This document shows, piece by piece, positions 19,089 to 29,400 of a DNA stretch of 64,000 bases. The stretch lies in the NCBI GenBank assembly GCA_963668125.1, contig OY764215.1, forward strand, positions 1,858,972 through 1,922,971, written 5' to 3'. Every line of letters begins with the position of its first letter. Position 1 is the stretch's first letter. The notes beneath the pieces were generated by a model. That model was not told the DNA's origin. It searched no databases and saw only the letters and a program-made list of their open reading frames with translations. Both the position numbers and the translations under genes were made by a program. This DNA is from Bacteroidaceae bacterium. GTDB taxonomy: Bacteria > Bacteroidota > Bacteroidia > Bacteroidales > Bacteroidaceae.

Positions 19089-22000
19089 ATGAAAAACTTG
19101 AATTTTAAAAAAACCTTAGGAATTATCATTATTCTATTGATGGTCCCTCTTTGGGTATTTTCTCAAAACTTTATTGTGAAAGGTACAGTAAAGGATGCTT
19201 CTGGTGAAGCTTTACTTGGTGTAAACATATCTCAGGTTGGTACGGCTAATGGTACAGTATCAGATGTTAATGGTAATTTTCAGATCTCTGTTTCTCCAAA
19301 TGCTAAATTACAATTCTCTTTCGTTGGATATTTAGGTCAGGTTATAGCGGTTGGAGAAAAAAGAACGTTGAATGTTGTTTTAAAAGAAGATAACAAAACT
19401 TTAGAAGAAGTTGTTGTTGTTGGTTATGGTACTCAGAAAAAAGCGGATTTATCATCGGCTATAGCTGTTCTCCCGACCAAAGAACTAAATAAAGTTCCTG
19501 GTGGATTGCAGGCAGGATTGCAGAGCTCGGTTCCTGGTGTTCAAATTACCAATGGAAGAATAAAGATTCGTGGTGTTGGTTCTATCAATAATACAGATCC
19601 TCTTTATGTAGTTGATGGTATGATTGGTGGCGCTGTGCCAGATGAAGCTAATATTGCAAGTATTCAGGTTTTAAAAGATGCAGCATCTTGTGCTATCTAT
19701 GGTGCTCGCGGTGCTAATGGAGTTATTGTAATTACAACTAAACGAGGAACTGCCGGTGAAGTAAAGGTAGATTATGATGGATTTGCTGGTGTGAAAAACC
19801 TGTCACACAATATCGATATGCTTAATGGACAGGAATTGGCAGAACTTGTAAATGAGGAATTATGGAACGCAGGCAAAAGAAACGCTACTGATTATTTGGA
19901 TGCATATAAAAATCCATCTGCTATAGGTGAAGGATATAATATGTTTAATGCATTGAAGCGTACAGGTCTTTATCAGAAACATAATCTCTCTATAAGTGGC
20001 GGTTCTGAAAATGCAAATTTTAGAGTAAACAGTCTTTATTCAACAGATAAACCTATATTTATTAAAGAAGATACTAAGAATTATGGAATGCAGTTTATCT
20101 CTGATTTTACGAAAGGTAAATTCAAATTCGGTGAAACTGTATCAATTAAACGTAGTAATCACGATTGGAGTGATAAAAACTTGCTAATTGCATTAAAATG
20201 GGCTCCAACTTTGCCTTTGTATGATGCTAATAGCTCAACAGGATTTGCTGGTGCTGGAAATGGTACAGACGTTGCAAATTCTTTGGCACAGGCTAATTTA
20301 AACTGGCATAAAGGTGAAACTACTTACGTAAATGGTAATGCATGGATGACTTATGAAATACTTCCAGGTTTAAAATACAAATTCAATATGGGAGTTGACA
20401 TGTATCGATATATGGTTCAGGATTATGAAGCAGAATATTCAATTCCATATCAAAACCATACACCTGATTCTTATTCCATGGCAAGCTATAAAACTAATAG
20501 ACTTTTGTATGAGAATACTCTTTCTTATGAAAAAAGTATTGGTAAACATAGCTTAAATGCTTTGTTGGGAGTTTCTTCTGAAGAAACAAAGAGTTTGAGT
20601 GTAAGTGCTGGAGCACGTGCTATGCCAAGTGAAGATATTCTTATTCTAGGTGCTACTCAGGATGATAAATCAAAATCTGTTGATTCTTCAGTGGGACATG
20701 AATCTATGTTCTCTATGTTGGGACGAATTAACTATAGTTACGACAGTAAATATTTGCTAACATTCAACTTTAGACGTGATGGTTCTTCCAAGTTTAGTAA
20801 AAACAATCGTTATGGTAATTTCCCATCTTTATCCGCTGCATGGAGAGTAAGTCAGGAAAAATTCATGGAAAAACTTCCATTTGTTAATGATTTTAAATTG
20901 CGTGCCAGCTGGGGTATGTTGGGTAACTCTAACATCGATTCTTACCAGTATCAAAGTACTATAGCATTTAGTAATATCTGGTATTATCTTAATAATGCCA
21001 AGAACGCAGGTGGACTTGCTACTACTCCTTCAAATCCAAATGTTAAGTGGGAAAGTCAATATTCTACAGACTTTGGTTTCGATCTTTCTTTGTTTGATAA
21101 TCAGTTGTCATTTATATTTGACTATTATTACAAGAAGACATCAGATATGTTAGTGGCTGTGCCTATTTCATATGCTGCTGGTTATAGTGATAATAAACCT
21201 ACACTTAATGCCGGAAGTATTGAAAACAAGGGACTTGAACTTGCTGTTTCATACAAAAAATCAATTGGTAAATTTGATTATTCAGTAACGGGTAATATTT
21301 CTACAGTAAAGAACAAGGTACTTAGTATTGGTTCTAATAATCAGATTATGGCAGGCAATGGCATCTCTAAAACTGCAGTTGGCAGATCTATCGGAGAATT
21401 CTGGGGATATGTAACAAATGGACTATATCGTACTCAGGCAGAATTAGATGCAGATAAGAAATTTGCGCCAAAAGCAGCATTAGGTGATGTTCGCTTTGTA
21501 GACAAAGATGGAAATGGAGTAGCAGATCAAGATTACATTGGAAATCCAATACCTAAATTCAGTTATGGATTAAGTGGAGATGTTAGTTATAAGTCTGGTT
21601 TCGGAACATTCGATATGGCCATGATTTGGCAAGGATCTATTGGTAATGATATTTATAATAAGACCCGTTATTTTGGCGAAGGCATGTATCACTATTACAA
21701 CTGTTTCTCAAGTACGCTGAATCGTTATCGTGCCGAGGATCTGGAGTTTGTTAACCCAATTTCAGGAGTAACTACTATTTATCCAAAGAATACAAATACA
21801 GATATGCCAAGAGCGGTTATAGGCGATCCAAATCAGAATATGCGTAATTCAAAACGTTATGTAGAAGATGGATCTTATTTAAGATTGAAGGCCTTGACTA
21901 TTGGCTATACACTTCCTCAAAGCGTAACTAAGAAATTGAATATTAATAATCTGAGAGTGTATATTGGTGGGAAAAACTTGATAACCTTAACTAAATATTC

Positions 22001-22136
22001 AGGCTTTGACCCAGAAGTAGGTGATCAGGATACAGGTGGCACAAACTTAACAAGAGGTGTTGATGGATCTAGTTCATGGGATCCTACATTCCCTAACTCA
22101 AGAGAATTTTTCGTGGGTGCTCAATTGTCGTTCTAA
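19089..22136 (+). CDS. SusC-like TonB-dependent outer-membrane transporter
   Basis: 1015 aa. Blocks: VKGTVKDASGEALLGVNISQVGTANGTVSDVNGNFQI, VVVVGYGTQKKADLSSAI, DPLYVVDGMIGG. The C-terminus is GAQLSF. It is followed by a SusD-like gene. Confidence 0.93.
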   Translation: MKNLNFKKTLGIIIILLMVPLWVFSQNFIVKGTVKDASGEALLGVNISQVGTANGTVSDVNGNFQISVSPNAKLQFSFVGYLGQVIAVGEKRTLNVVLKEDNKTLEEVVVVGYGTQKKADLSSAIAVLPTKELNKVPGGLQAGLQSSVPGVQITNGRIKIRGVGSINNTDPLYVVDGMIGGAVPDEANIASIQVLKDAASCAIYGARGANGVIVITTKRGTAGEVKVDYDGFAGVKNLSHNIDMLNGQELAELVNEELWNAGKRNATDYLDAYKNPSAIGEGYNMFNALKRTGLYQKHNLSISGGSENANFRVNSLYSTDKPIFIKEDTKNYGMQFISDFTKGKFKFGETVSIKRSNHDWSDKNLLIALKWAPTLPLYDANSSTGFAGAGNGTDVANSLAQANLNWHKGETTYVNGNAWMTYEILPGLKYKFNMGVDMYRYMVQDYEAEYSIPYQNHTPDSYSMASYKTNRLLYENTLSYEKSIGKHSLNALLGVSSEETKSLSVSAGARAMPSEDILILGATQDDKSKSVDSSVGHESMFSMLGRINYSYDSKYLLTFNFRRDGSSKFSKNNRYGNFPSLSAAWRVSQEKFMEKLPFVNDFKLRASWGMLGNSNIDSYQYQSTIAFSNIWYYLNNAKNAGGLATTPSNPNVKWESQYSTDFGFDLSLFDNQLSFIFDYYYKKTSDMLVAVPISYAAGYSDNKPTLNAGSIENKGLELAVSYKKSIGKFDYSVTGNISTVKNKVLSIGSNNQIMAGNGISKTAVGRSIGEFWGYVTNGLYRTQAELDADKKFAPKAALGDVRFVDKDGNGVADQDYIGNPIPKFSYGLSGDVSYKSGFGTFDMAMIWQGSIGNDIYNKTRYFGEGMYHYYNCFSSTLNRYRAEDLEFVNPISGVTTIYPKNTNTDMPRAVIGDPNQNMRNSKRYVEDGSYLRLKALTIGYTLPQSVTKKLNINNLRVYIGGKNLITLTKYSGFDPEVGDQDTGGTNLTRGVDGSSSWDPTFPNSREFFVGAQLSF

Positions 22137-22163
22137 AGGTTGAATCTTTAAATTAAAAATACA

Positions 22164-23801
22164 ATGAAAAAAATATCAAAATTCTGCTTATTGTGCAGTT
22201 CTGCAGCAATTCTAAGTAGCTGTGTGCCCGATATGGACTTGAATAATCCTTCGCAGTTATCTGTTGATACATATTATAAAACTGCAGCACAATTAGAACT
22301 TGCTGTAATACCGGCTTATCAGTGCTTGATTAGTTTTAATGGTGTTGAAGGTGGTTATGGTCGTGGGGCATATTATTATTTGTTACTTCCCGGAGATGAT
22401 TTCGACCATACATTTAAATGTGTAGGAGAGGAACTTTATCCTGATACATATAGCACTCCTCCTAATCAAGGAAATATTACCAGTGGCTGGAAAGGGTACT
22501 TTGAAGGTGTTTATGCATCTAATACAGCTATTGAAAAAATAAGTAATTTTACTGGTGAGATATCTGAATCTGTTAAAAACAGATTGTTAGGGGAGGCCTA
22601 TTTCTTGAGAGGTTTACATTATATGCACCTTTGTGCTATGTTTGGGGAAACAATTCCATTGGTTGATCATCCGGCACAAAATCAATCAGATTATTATCCT
22701 ACTAATGCAAAGGCCGGAGAAATATATGCTTTGATTATTAATGATTTCAAAAAAGCTTCTGAACTTTTGCCATTACGTAGTGAGCTTTATGCTAATGTAG
22801 CTAACAAAGGACGTGCTACCAAAGGTACAGCGCAAGCATATTTAGCAAAAGCATATATGTATCGTCCTATTCTCGAGAAAGGAAAAACTGCTGAATTTGA
22901 TAAAGCTGCTCCTTTGTTGAAAGCTGTTATAGATAGTAAAGAATATAAGCTTATGGATAATTTTAGAGCTAATGGCTTGGGCGGAGATTATGAGAATAAT
23001 GAAGAATCTGTATTTGAAGTCCAGATGTTTAATGGTACAAGCTGGTTGGGTGGAGATAATTCTGATTCATGGAAATGGCAAGAGATTGGAGTTCCTGACG
23101 GTACTGGTAGCTCTTGGTGGAATATCGCTCCAAACAAAAAGACTTATGATGAATTTGAAGATGGAGACCCTAGAAGATACATGACTCTATGGTGTCCTGA
23201 TGGAGCAAAATATACTGAATTATCAGGTAATGTTGCTGACTGGAATTATATGATGGCGCATTTGTCTTCAGATAATGATCTTTATGGCACCAGAAAGGAA
23301 TGCCCTGATTATCAGATTGCTGATATTGATGATGATGTAAATACTCGTTTGATGCGTTATTCAGATGTATTATTAATGTATGCAGAATGTTTAAGTGAGA
23401 CTGGTAATGATAGTAAGGCTATTACAGATCCTACCGGTCCTAAATATTATATTCAGCAAGTAAGAGACAGAGCTAATAAAGTAGTTCCATCTGAACAACC
23501 ACATTTATGGTATCAACACTCTCCTGGTACAATTCCTAATGTTGATCAGTTATTATCAAGTGGTAAAGTTATCAATGGTGTTGCCATGAATAGCATAAAG
23601 AATATAATTGAACACGAACGTTATGTTGAATTCTGTGGTGAGTATTTACGCTATTTCGATTTACTCCGCTGGGGTATGGCTGATGCCAAATGGCTTGAAC
23701 CATTGAAAACGTTAGGTTGGTCAGAAAAGGCTATGTATTTTCCTTTCCCTCAGTCTGAGTTGAACAATAATCCAAACCTGAAAGGTAACGATATGAATTA
23801 G
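22164..23801 (+). CDS. SusD/RagB-family outer-membrane glycan-binding lipoprotein
   Basis: Lipobox AILSSC. Blocks: LLGEAYFLRGLHYMHL, AQAYLAKAYMY, LLMYAECL, YLRYFDLLRWG. It is followed by a strong terminator hairpin. Confidence 0.9.
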   Translation: MKKISKFCLLCSSAAILSSCVPDMDLNNPSQLSVDTYYKTAAQLELAVIPAYQCLISFNGVEGGYGRGAYYYLLLPGDDFDHTFKCVGEELYPDTYSTPPNQGNITSGWKGYFEGVYASNTAIEKISNFTGEISESVKNRLLGEAYFLRGLHYMHLCAMFGETIPLVDHPAQNQSDYYPTNAKAGEIYALIINDFKKASELLPLRSELYANVANKGRATKGTAQAYLAKAYMYRPILEKGKTAEFDKAAPLLKAVIDSKEYKLMDNFRANGLGGDYENNEESVFEVQMFNGTSWLGGDNSDSWKWQEIGVPDGTGSSWWNIAPNKKTYDEFEDGDPRRYMTLWCPDGAKYTELSGNVADWNYMMAHLSSDNDLYGTRKECPDYQIADIDDDVNTRLMRYSDVLLMYAECLSETGNDSKAITDPTGPKYYIQQVRDRANKVVPSEQPHLWYQHSPGTIPNVDQLLSSGKVINGVAMNSIKNIIEHERYVEFCGEYLRYFDLLRWGMADAKWLEPLKTLGWSEKAMYFPFPQSELNNNPNLKGNDMN

Positions 23802-23828
23802 TTTTTTTTGAATATTATATATCTCTAT

Positions 23829-23868
23829 GCCCTGCACTATTTCTAAAAATAGTGCAGGGCTATTTTTT
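23829..23868 (+). terminator. Intrinsic terminator after the plus-strand SusD-like gene
   Basis: A 14-bp perfect stem, gccctgcactattt (23829-23842) pairing with aaatagtgcagggc (23847-23860), with a 4-nt loop, followed by tatttttta. It starts 28 nt after the stop. Confidence 0.85.
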
Positions 23869-23980
23869 ATTTATCTATTTCTTCAAACAATCTCATCTGA
23901 TCTCAAACGTAATTGTATAATTATCATCCTTCAGTCTTCATCCTTTCTGGATTTTATGCAATTTTATAAAATCAGCTGCT

Positions 23981-24077
23981 TATCTGCTACTAAAATAGCT
24001 GAAACGACTTGTTGAAAGTCCTTTTGACTGGTGGCAGATAAAAAGACATCTGCTACAAAAACACATTTATCTGCTAC
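23981..24077. repeat. Cluster of (T)ATCTGCTAC motifs
   Basis: tatctgctac lies at 23981-23990 and 24068-24077, and catctgctac at 24048-24057. An inverted partial copy gcagata lies at 24034-24040. The reverse complement gtagcagata recurs at 58205 and 58280. Confidence 0.8.
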
Positions 24078-24195
24078 TAATTCTTCAATCCGTAATATTG
24101 TATTTGAATTACCTGTTATTCTAAAATTGAATTCTGTTAGAATATATAATAGTTTTCATTATCAGGCGTATAGCTGTGAATTTGGTGATTTGTAA

Positions 24196-24299
24196 TGAAC
24201 TATAAGTAAGTTCACGTCCATGAACCCATAAGCCCACTATCGTGAACCCATAAGCCCTGAATTGAGAACCCATAAGCCCTCAGCCAAATGCTTACTTAT
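24196..24299. repeat. Three tandem 22-bp units (core GAACCCATAAGCCC) bracketed by a 9-bp inverted repeat
   Basis: Cores lie at 24222-24235, 24244-24257 and 24266-24279, an exact 22-bp period. A degenerate copy tgaactataagta lies at 24196. The flanking inverted repeat is ataagtaag (24202-24210) and cttacttat (24291-24299). Confidence 0.85.
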
Positions 24300-24507
24300 C
24301 TCTATAGTCTTAAATAGCTAGTTTACAAATAAAGTTTTTTGTTTTACTAAGATTTCAAATATATATGCAACATCAAAAAACCTCATAATACTGCTAATAA
24401 AATAGTTAAATCTAAAAATGAAACATTTATGTATTATATCTATACCTGTTGTTACGTAATCAAAAGGATAGGATACATTTTTATTGTTTAGACTTTAGCC
24501 ATCTTTA

Positions 24508-24515
24508 TATTTTTG
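24508..24515 (+). promoter_or_regulatory. Candidate -7 box (TATTTTTG) for GH43 24610
   Basis: It matches TAnnTTTG about 95 nt upstream of the ATG and downstream of the repeat arrays. Confidence 0.3.
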
Positions 24516-24609
24516 CAATACTTTGTTTTGATGTTTAAAACAACAGGTTTCTGCATCTTATTACCGAAATTCAAATGAATTTGATATATCTAATTAATAC
24601 TTTTTAATA

Positions 24610-26364
24610 ATGAAAACATCTAAAATTAAATTTAGTTTTTTGTTTGCGTTTATGGCTATATTCTCTTTATGTCAAACTGGTTTGGCGCAATCAGGTGTAA
24701 AGAAGAAGAGCTCACAGGTTAAGTCGAAAAATAATCCGACGTTTACACAGTTCGTATATCAGGGAGATGATGATGTATATCGAGAAAATCCATTGGGCGA
24801 TGACGAGTTTTATAATCCTATTTTGCAAGGTTGTTATCCTGATCCAAGTATAACCCGTAAAGGAAATGATTATTATTTGGTCAATTCTTCTTTCTCTATG
24901 TTTCCAGGGGTTCCTATCTTTCATTCAAATGATTTGGTTAATTGGAAACAAATAGGGCATGTACTCGACAGAACATCTCAACTAAAAGTGGAAACTGCCG
25001 GTATAAGTGCTGGAATATATGCTCCGGACATTAAGTATAATCCTTATAATGATACTTTTTATATGATTACCACTCAGTTTGCTTCTGGAATTGGTAATAT
25101 GATAGTTAAAACAAAAGATCCTTTAAAAGGGTGGAGTGATCCTATTAAATTAAATTTCAATGGAATTGACCCTTCTATTTTCTTCGATGATAACGGGAAA
25201 GCTTATATTGTGCATAATGATGCTCCTGATAAAGGAAAGGAACTGTACAATGGACATAGGGTAATTAAAATCTGGGAATATGATTTAAATACAGATCAGA
25301 TTATTCCGGGAACAGATAAAATTATTGTTGATGGGGGAGTAGATCTTAAAAAGAAACCAATCTGGATTGAAGGACCTCATTTGTACAAAAAGAACGGTCG
25401 CTACTATTTAATGTGTGCAGAAGGTGGTACAGGCGATTGGCATAGTGAAGTTATTTTTGTGAGCAATAGTCCAAAGGGAACTTTTATTCCATCTGGAAAC
25501 AATCCTATTCTTTCACAAAGATATTTACGTCCTGAAAGAAGAAATAAAATAGATTGGACCGGTCATGCCGATCTTGTTGAAGGTCCGGGCGGAAAATATT
25601 ATGGAGTTTTTCTGGCTATTCGTCCTAATGAAAAGAATTTTGTAAATAGTGGTCGTGAAACTTTTATACTACCTGTTGATTGGAGTGGTGAGTTCCCTAT
25701 TTTTGAAAATGGTCTTATTCCAATGGAACCTAAATTGAAATTACCAAAAGGTGTTGTAAATCGTCAAGGAAAAGAAGGCTTTTTGCCAAATGGTAATTTT
25801 ACCTATACAGAAAATTTCACTTCTCCCAATTTAGCTTATTCATGGATTGGAATGAGAGGTCCTCGTGAAGATTTTATTTATATCAGTCCTAAGGGTGGTG
25901 TACAGATTATGCCTTTCAACGTGAATATTAAGGAAGTGAAACCTGTGTCTTCTCTTTTTTATAGACAACAACATAAGAATTTCACAGCTACAACAGTTTT
26001 AAACTATCAGCCTAAAGTAGAAAATGATTTGGCAGGATTGGTGTGTTACCAGTCTGAGAGGTTTAACTATGTTTTTGGTATTACAAAGATTAAAAAGGAT
26101 ACATATATTTTGTTGCAAAGAACAGAGAAAGGAAACTCTGTAATTCTGGCAAGTGCAAAGATTGATGCGTCAAAGCCTGTTCAATTGCAAGTAATAGCTA
26201 AAGGAAATGAGTATAGTTTTAGCTATTCCGAAAACAATGGTGAATTTAAGAATTTAGGAGGAATGGTCTCTGGAGACATTCTTTCGACTAACATAGCCGG
26301 TGGATTTACCGGAAGTTTGATAGGTTTGTATGCTACTTCGGCAAATGATGCCTTTCCAGAGTAG
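24610..26364 (+). CDS. Two-domain GH43 beta-xylosidase/alpha-L-arabinofuranosidase
   Basis: Signal peptide ending GLAQS. Blocks: NPILQGCYPDPSITRKGNDYYLVNSSFSMFPGVPIFHSNDLVNW, GIDPSIFFDDNGKAYIVHN, IEGPHLYKKNGRYYLMCAEGG. A C-terminal beta-sandwich domain of about 230 aa follows. Confidence 0.88.
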   Translation: MKTSKIKFSFLFAFMAIFSLCQTGLAQSGVKKKSSQVKSKNNPTFTQFVYQGDDDVYRENPLGDDEFYNPILQGCYPDPSITRKGNDYYLVNSSFSMFPGVPIFHSNDLVNWKQIGHVLDRTSQLKVETAGISAGIYAPDIKYNPYNDTFYMITTQFASGIGNMIVKTKDPLKGWSDPIKLNFNGIDPSIFFDDNGKAYIVHNDAPDKGKELYNGHRVIKIWEYDLNTDQIIPGTDKIIVDGGVDLKKKPIWIEGPHLYKKNGRYYLMCAEGGTGDWHSEVIFVSNSPKGTFIPSGNNPILSQRYLRPERRNKIDWTGHADLVEGPGGKYYGVFLAIRPNEKNFVNSGRETFILPVDWSGEFPIFENGLIPMEPKLKLPKGVVNRQGKEGFLPNGNFTYTENFTSPNLAYSWIGMRGPREDFIYISPKGGVQIMPFNVNIKEVKPVSSLFYRQQHKNFTATTVLNYQPKVENDLAGLVCYQSERFNYVFGITKIKKDTYILLQRTEKGNSVILASAKIDASKPVQLQVIAKGNEYSFSYSENNGEFKNLGGMVSGDILSTNIAGGFTGSLIGLYATSANDAFPE

Positions 26365-26383
26365 AAAAAGGTTGTTTTTAGTT

Positions 26384-26440
26384 TAATTTATTCGTTGCAC
26401 ACTCAAGGTATTTATTACACTTGAGTGTGCTGAATAAATT
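26384..26440. terminator. Bidirectional terminator between convergent GH43 and HTCS genes
   Basis: Inner 11-bp stem gcacactcaag (26397-26407) pairs with cttgagtgtgc (26420-26430). It is extended by an outer stem aatttattc (26385-26393) pairing with gaataaatt (26432-26440). Confidence 0.75.
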
Positions 26441-26481
26441 AGATAAATAGATTCTAAAAAGAGGGGTTATATTAAAATCAA

Positions 26482-29400
26482 TTATTCTTTGTTCTGTTCC
26501 ATATATTCTTTCGGGCTCATTCCATACAACTCCTTAAATGCTGTAGAAAAATACGTTGCATTAACAAATCCTGTAGTAAACGCTACCTCACTTATATTTT
26601 GATTTCTATCCTTTAATAATGCCGCAGCTTGTTGTAACCTCACATTCCGAATAAAATCACGAGTAGTTTGATTTGTAAGCTCCTTCATCTTACGATGCAG
26701 ATGTACTCTGCTTATTCCAACTTCAGCAGCTAGAATCTCTACACTAAAGTCTATATTGCTTATGTTTTTATTTATCACACTCATTATTCTTTCCAATAAC
26801 TTTTCGTCGGGTGTTTTCAGACTTATTTTATCAATCTTATCTTCCTGAATTTGTTGACCTGTCAGGTTGTTCTTCAAACACTCTCTGTTTTTTATTAAAT
26901 TCTGGATTGTTTTTCTTACGATATCAATGCTGAAAGGCTTTGTAATATAGCTATCAGCGCCAACTTCCAATCCTTCTATATTATCTTCTTCTCTGGTCTT
27001 TGCTGTTAGTAGAATAACAGGTATATGATTGATATTAATATTCTGTTTAATCTTTTGGCAAAGTTCCATCCCGTCCATTTCCGGCATCATCACATCACTA
27101 ATGATTAAATCTGGAGCTTTCTTTAATATTATTGGAAGAGCTTCTTTTCCATTACAACTTTCTATAATATGGAATTCGTTTCCTAATTCGTCTTTTAGAT
27201 ATTTACGAATTTCTTCATCATCCTCTACTATTAATATTTTATACTTAGTTTTTATTCTAACTTGTGCATTATCAATGCTATCGATTGTTTCCGCTACCAT
27301 TACAGCGCTATCTTGATTAATTTTATCTGCAATTTCTTCATCATTAGCTATTTCTTCGGGAATTAAGAAATCATTGCCTAGTGGCAGGCGTATTATAAAC
27401 CGACAGCCTTTTCCATCTTCATTATTTTCAGCCCAAATTTTTCCGTGATGCAGTTGCACCAATGAGCGTGTAAGATGAAGTCCTATACCAGTACCAATAT
27501 TTGAATTGTTCTGACTATTATTTATCTGGTAAAAGCGTTCAAAAATACGTTCTATTTCCTCTTTTTTTATCCCAATTCCATTATCAGATATAATGATTTC
27601 GTAATAATGGCTTGGTTTATCATTTTCGTCATTATTCTCTCCTATATGGATGCTAGTGCTTATCTCTCCATTTTTAGGCGTAAATTTGAATGCATTAGAA
27701 AGTAGATTCAGGATAATCTTATCATAGTTATTAGGATCTATCCATGCTTTTAATTCAGGTATATCTGACTGAAAATTCAGTTTTATTTGTTTATTGATAG
27801 ATTGACTCTCAAAGATCTTAACAAGATCATGCGTGAAATTTACGATGTCAGTTTCACGGAATTTTAGAACCATTTGTTTCTTGTCTATTTTTCGAATATC
27901 CATTAATTGATTCATTAAGGCAAGAATTCGTTTAGAATTTCTAAAAATGGTATGATATGACTTTTGCCGCTCTTCATCTTTGTCTATTGTCATAAGTTTC
28001 TGCAATGGACTAATAATTAGAGTCATTGGAGTTCGTATCTCATGAGATATATTGATAAAGAACTGAAGTTTAGCCTCATTGATTTCTTCAGCATGTTCTT
28101 GTTGTTGAATCTTTAGTTTAATTTTACGTCTTTGCATAATTTGCTGTCGCGTAAAATATAAAGCAGTAATGATTAGAATGAGATAGATAAATTTCGCACC
28201 AATAGATGCATACCATGGTGGTGATATAATAATTGTAATTTCTTTTATGTCAGAATAAGTTTCGTAATACTTCGCTTTTACTTTAAAATGATATTTCCCA
28301 GGAGTTAAATTGTCGAATGATACATGATTTTCTCCTGGCTGAAGAGTATTCCAATTATTATTGTTTAAAGCATACATAAAAGTAATTCGTTCCGGATTGC
28401 AGAACTCCATTGCTGAGAATTCAACGCGGAAAGAGTTATCGCTTGCTGCAAGATGGAATTTTTTCGCTTCAGAAACAGCAGTATCAATAACGTTATATGA
28501 GCCAGATTTATCTCCTTTATTGATAGCCTGATCATGAATATAAAATCCAGTTATACGTATATCAAGTTTTTTGGCTGGATTAGTTATTTTTTCAGGAAAA
28601 AATGATGTAACTCCATTAACTCCTCCAAAAATAATTTCACCGCTTTTGTCTCTGAATAAAGCATTTTTGCTGAATTCATTACCTTGCAGGCCATCGTCTG
28701 CATAGTAATTAGTGAATGTTTTTTTTGTTGGATTATATTTAGATATGCCATAATTTGTACTAATCCAAAGATTCCCTTGTTTGTCTCCGCAAATTCCACA
28801 AATAACATTACTCGGCAATCCGTTTTTCATATCAAATGATGTTATCTGTTGATTCTGAGGATTGAGGCATAATATACCTTCTGAGGTTCCAATCCAGATA
28901 TATCCTTTTTTATCTTCAAATATAGTGTAGATAATATATCCGCTCAAAAGTTTGTTTGTATTATATGTTGATACAAAATTCTTAGTTTTCAAATCCAGGC
29001 ATCCCATTCCATCAAACGTTCCGATATATAATTTGTTATTGTGAGTCAGTAGCATAGCTGTAACCCAGCGATTATGTAACGTATTTCGCTTTTTATTATA
29101 TCCTTGTACAGAAGGATAGTGCACCACCTGATTATTTTTTATATTCATGGAATATACTCCAGAACCCATTGTTCCAAGCCACAAATTTTTATTTTTATCT
29201 TCTACAATACTAAATACACAATCGGTATTCATTTTTTGTATATATTCGCAATGGCCGGTTTCTTTGTTTAATTTAGCCAAACCTTGGAAAAAGGAACCTA
29301 CCCATAGATTTTGGTCTGAATCTTCAAAAAGACTTATAATTGTAGAAGGAACATTTGAACCATTTTCTTGACTAAAATGTGATTTAACTTCTCCATTTGG

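Noticed and set aside
23827-24015. 62-aa plus-strand ORF after the SusD-like gene
   Set aside because: It starts inside the terminator hairpin 23829-23860 and runs through the TATCTGCTAC motif cluster. It is most likely non-coding.
24221-24286. CRISPR-like reading of the 22/23-bp repeat arrays (also 3987-4083 and 58042-58129)
   Set aside because: The units are directly contiguous with no unique spacers. The repeats are shorter than CRISPR repeats, there are only 3-4 copies, and no cas genes are present anywhere in the window.
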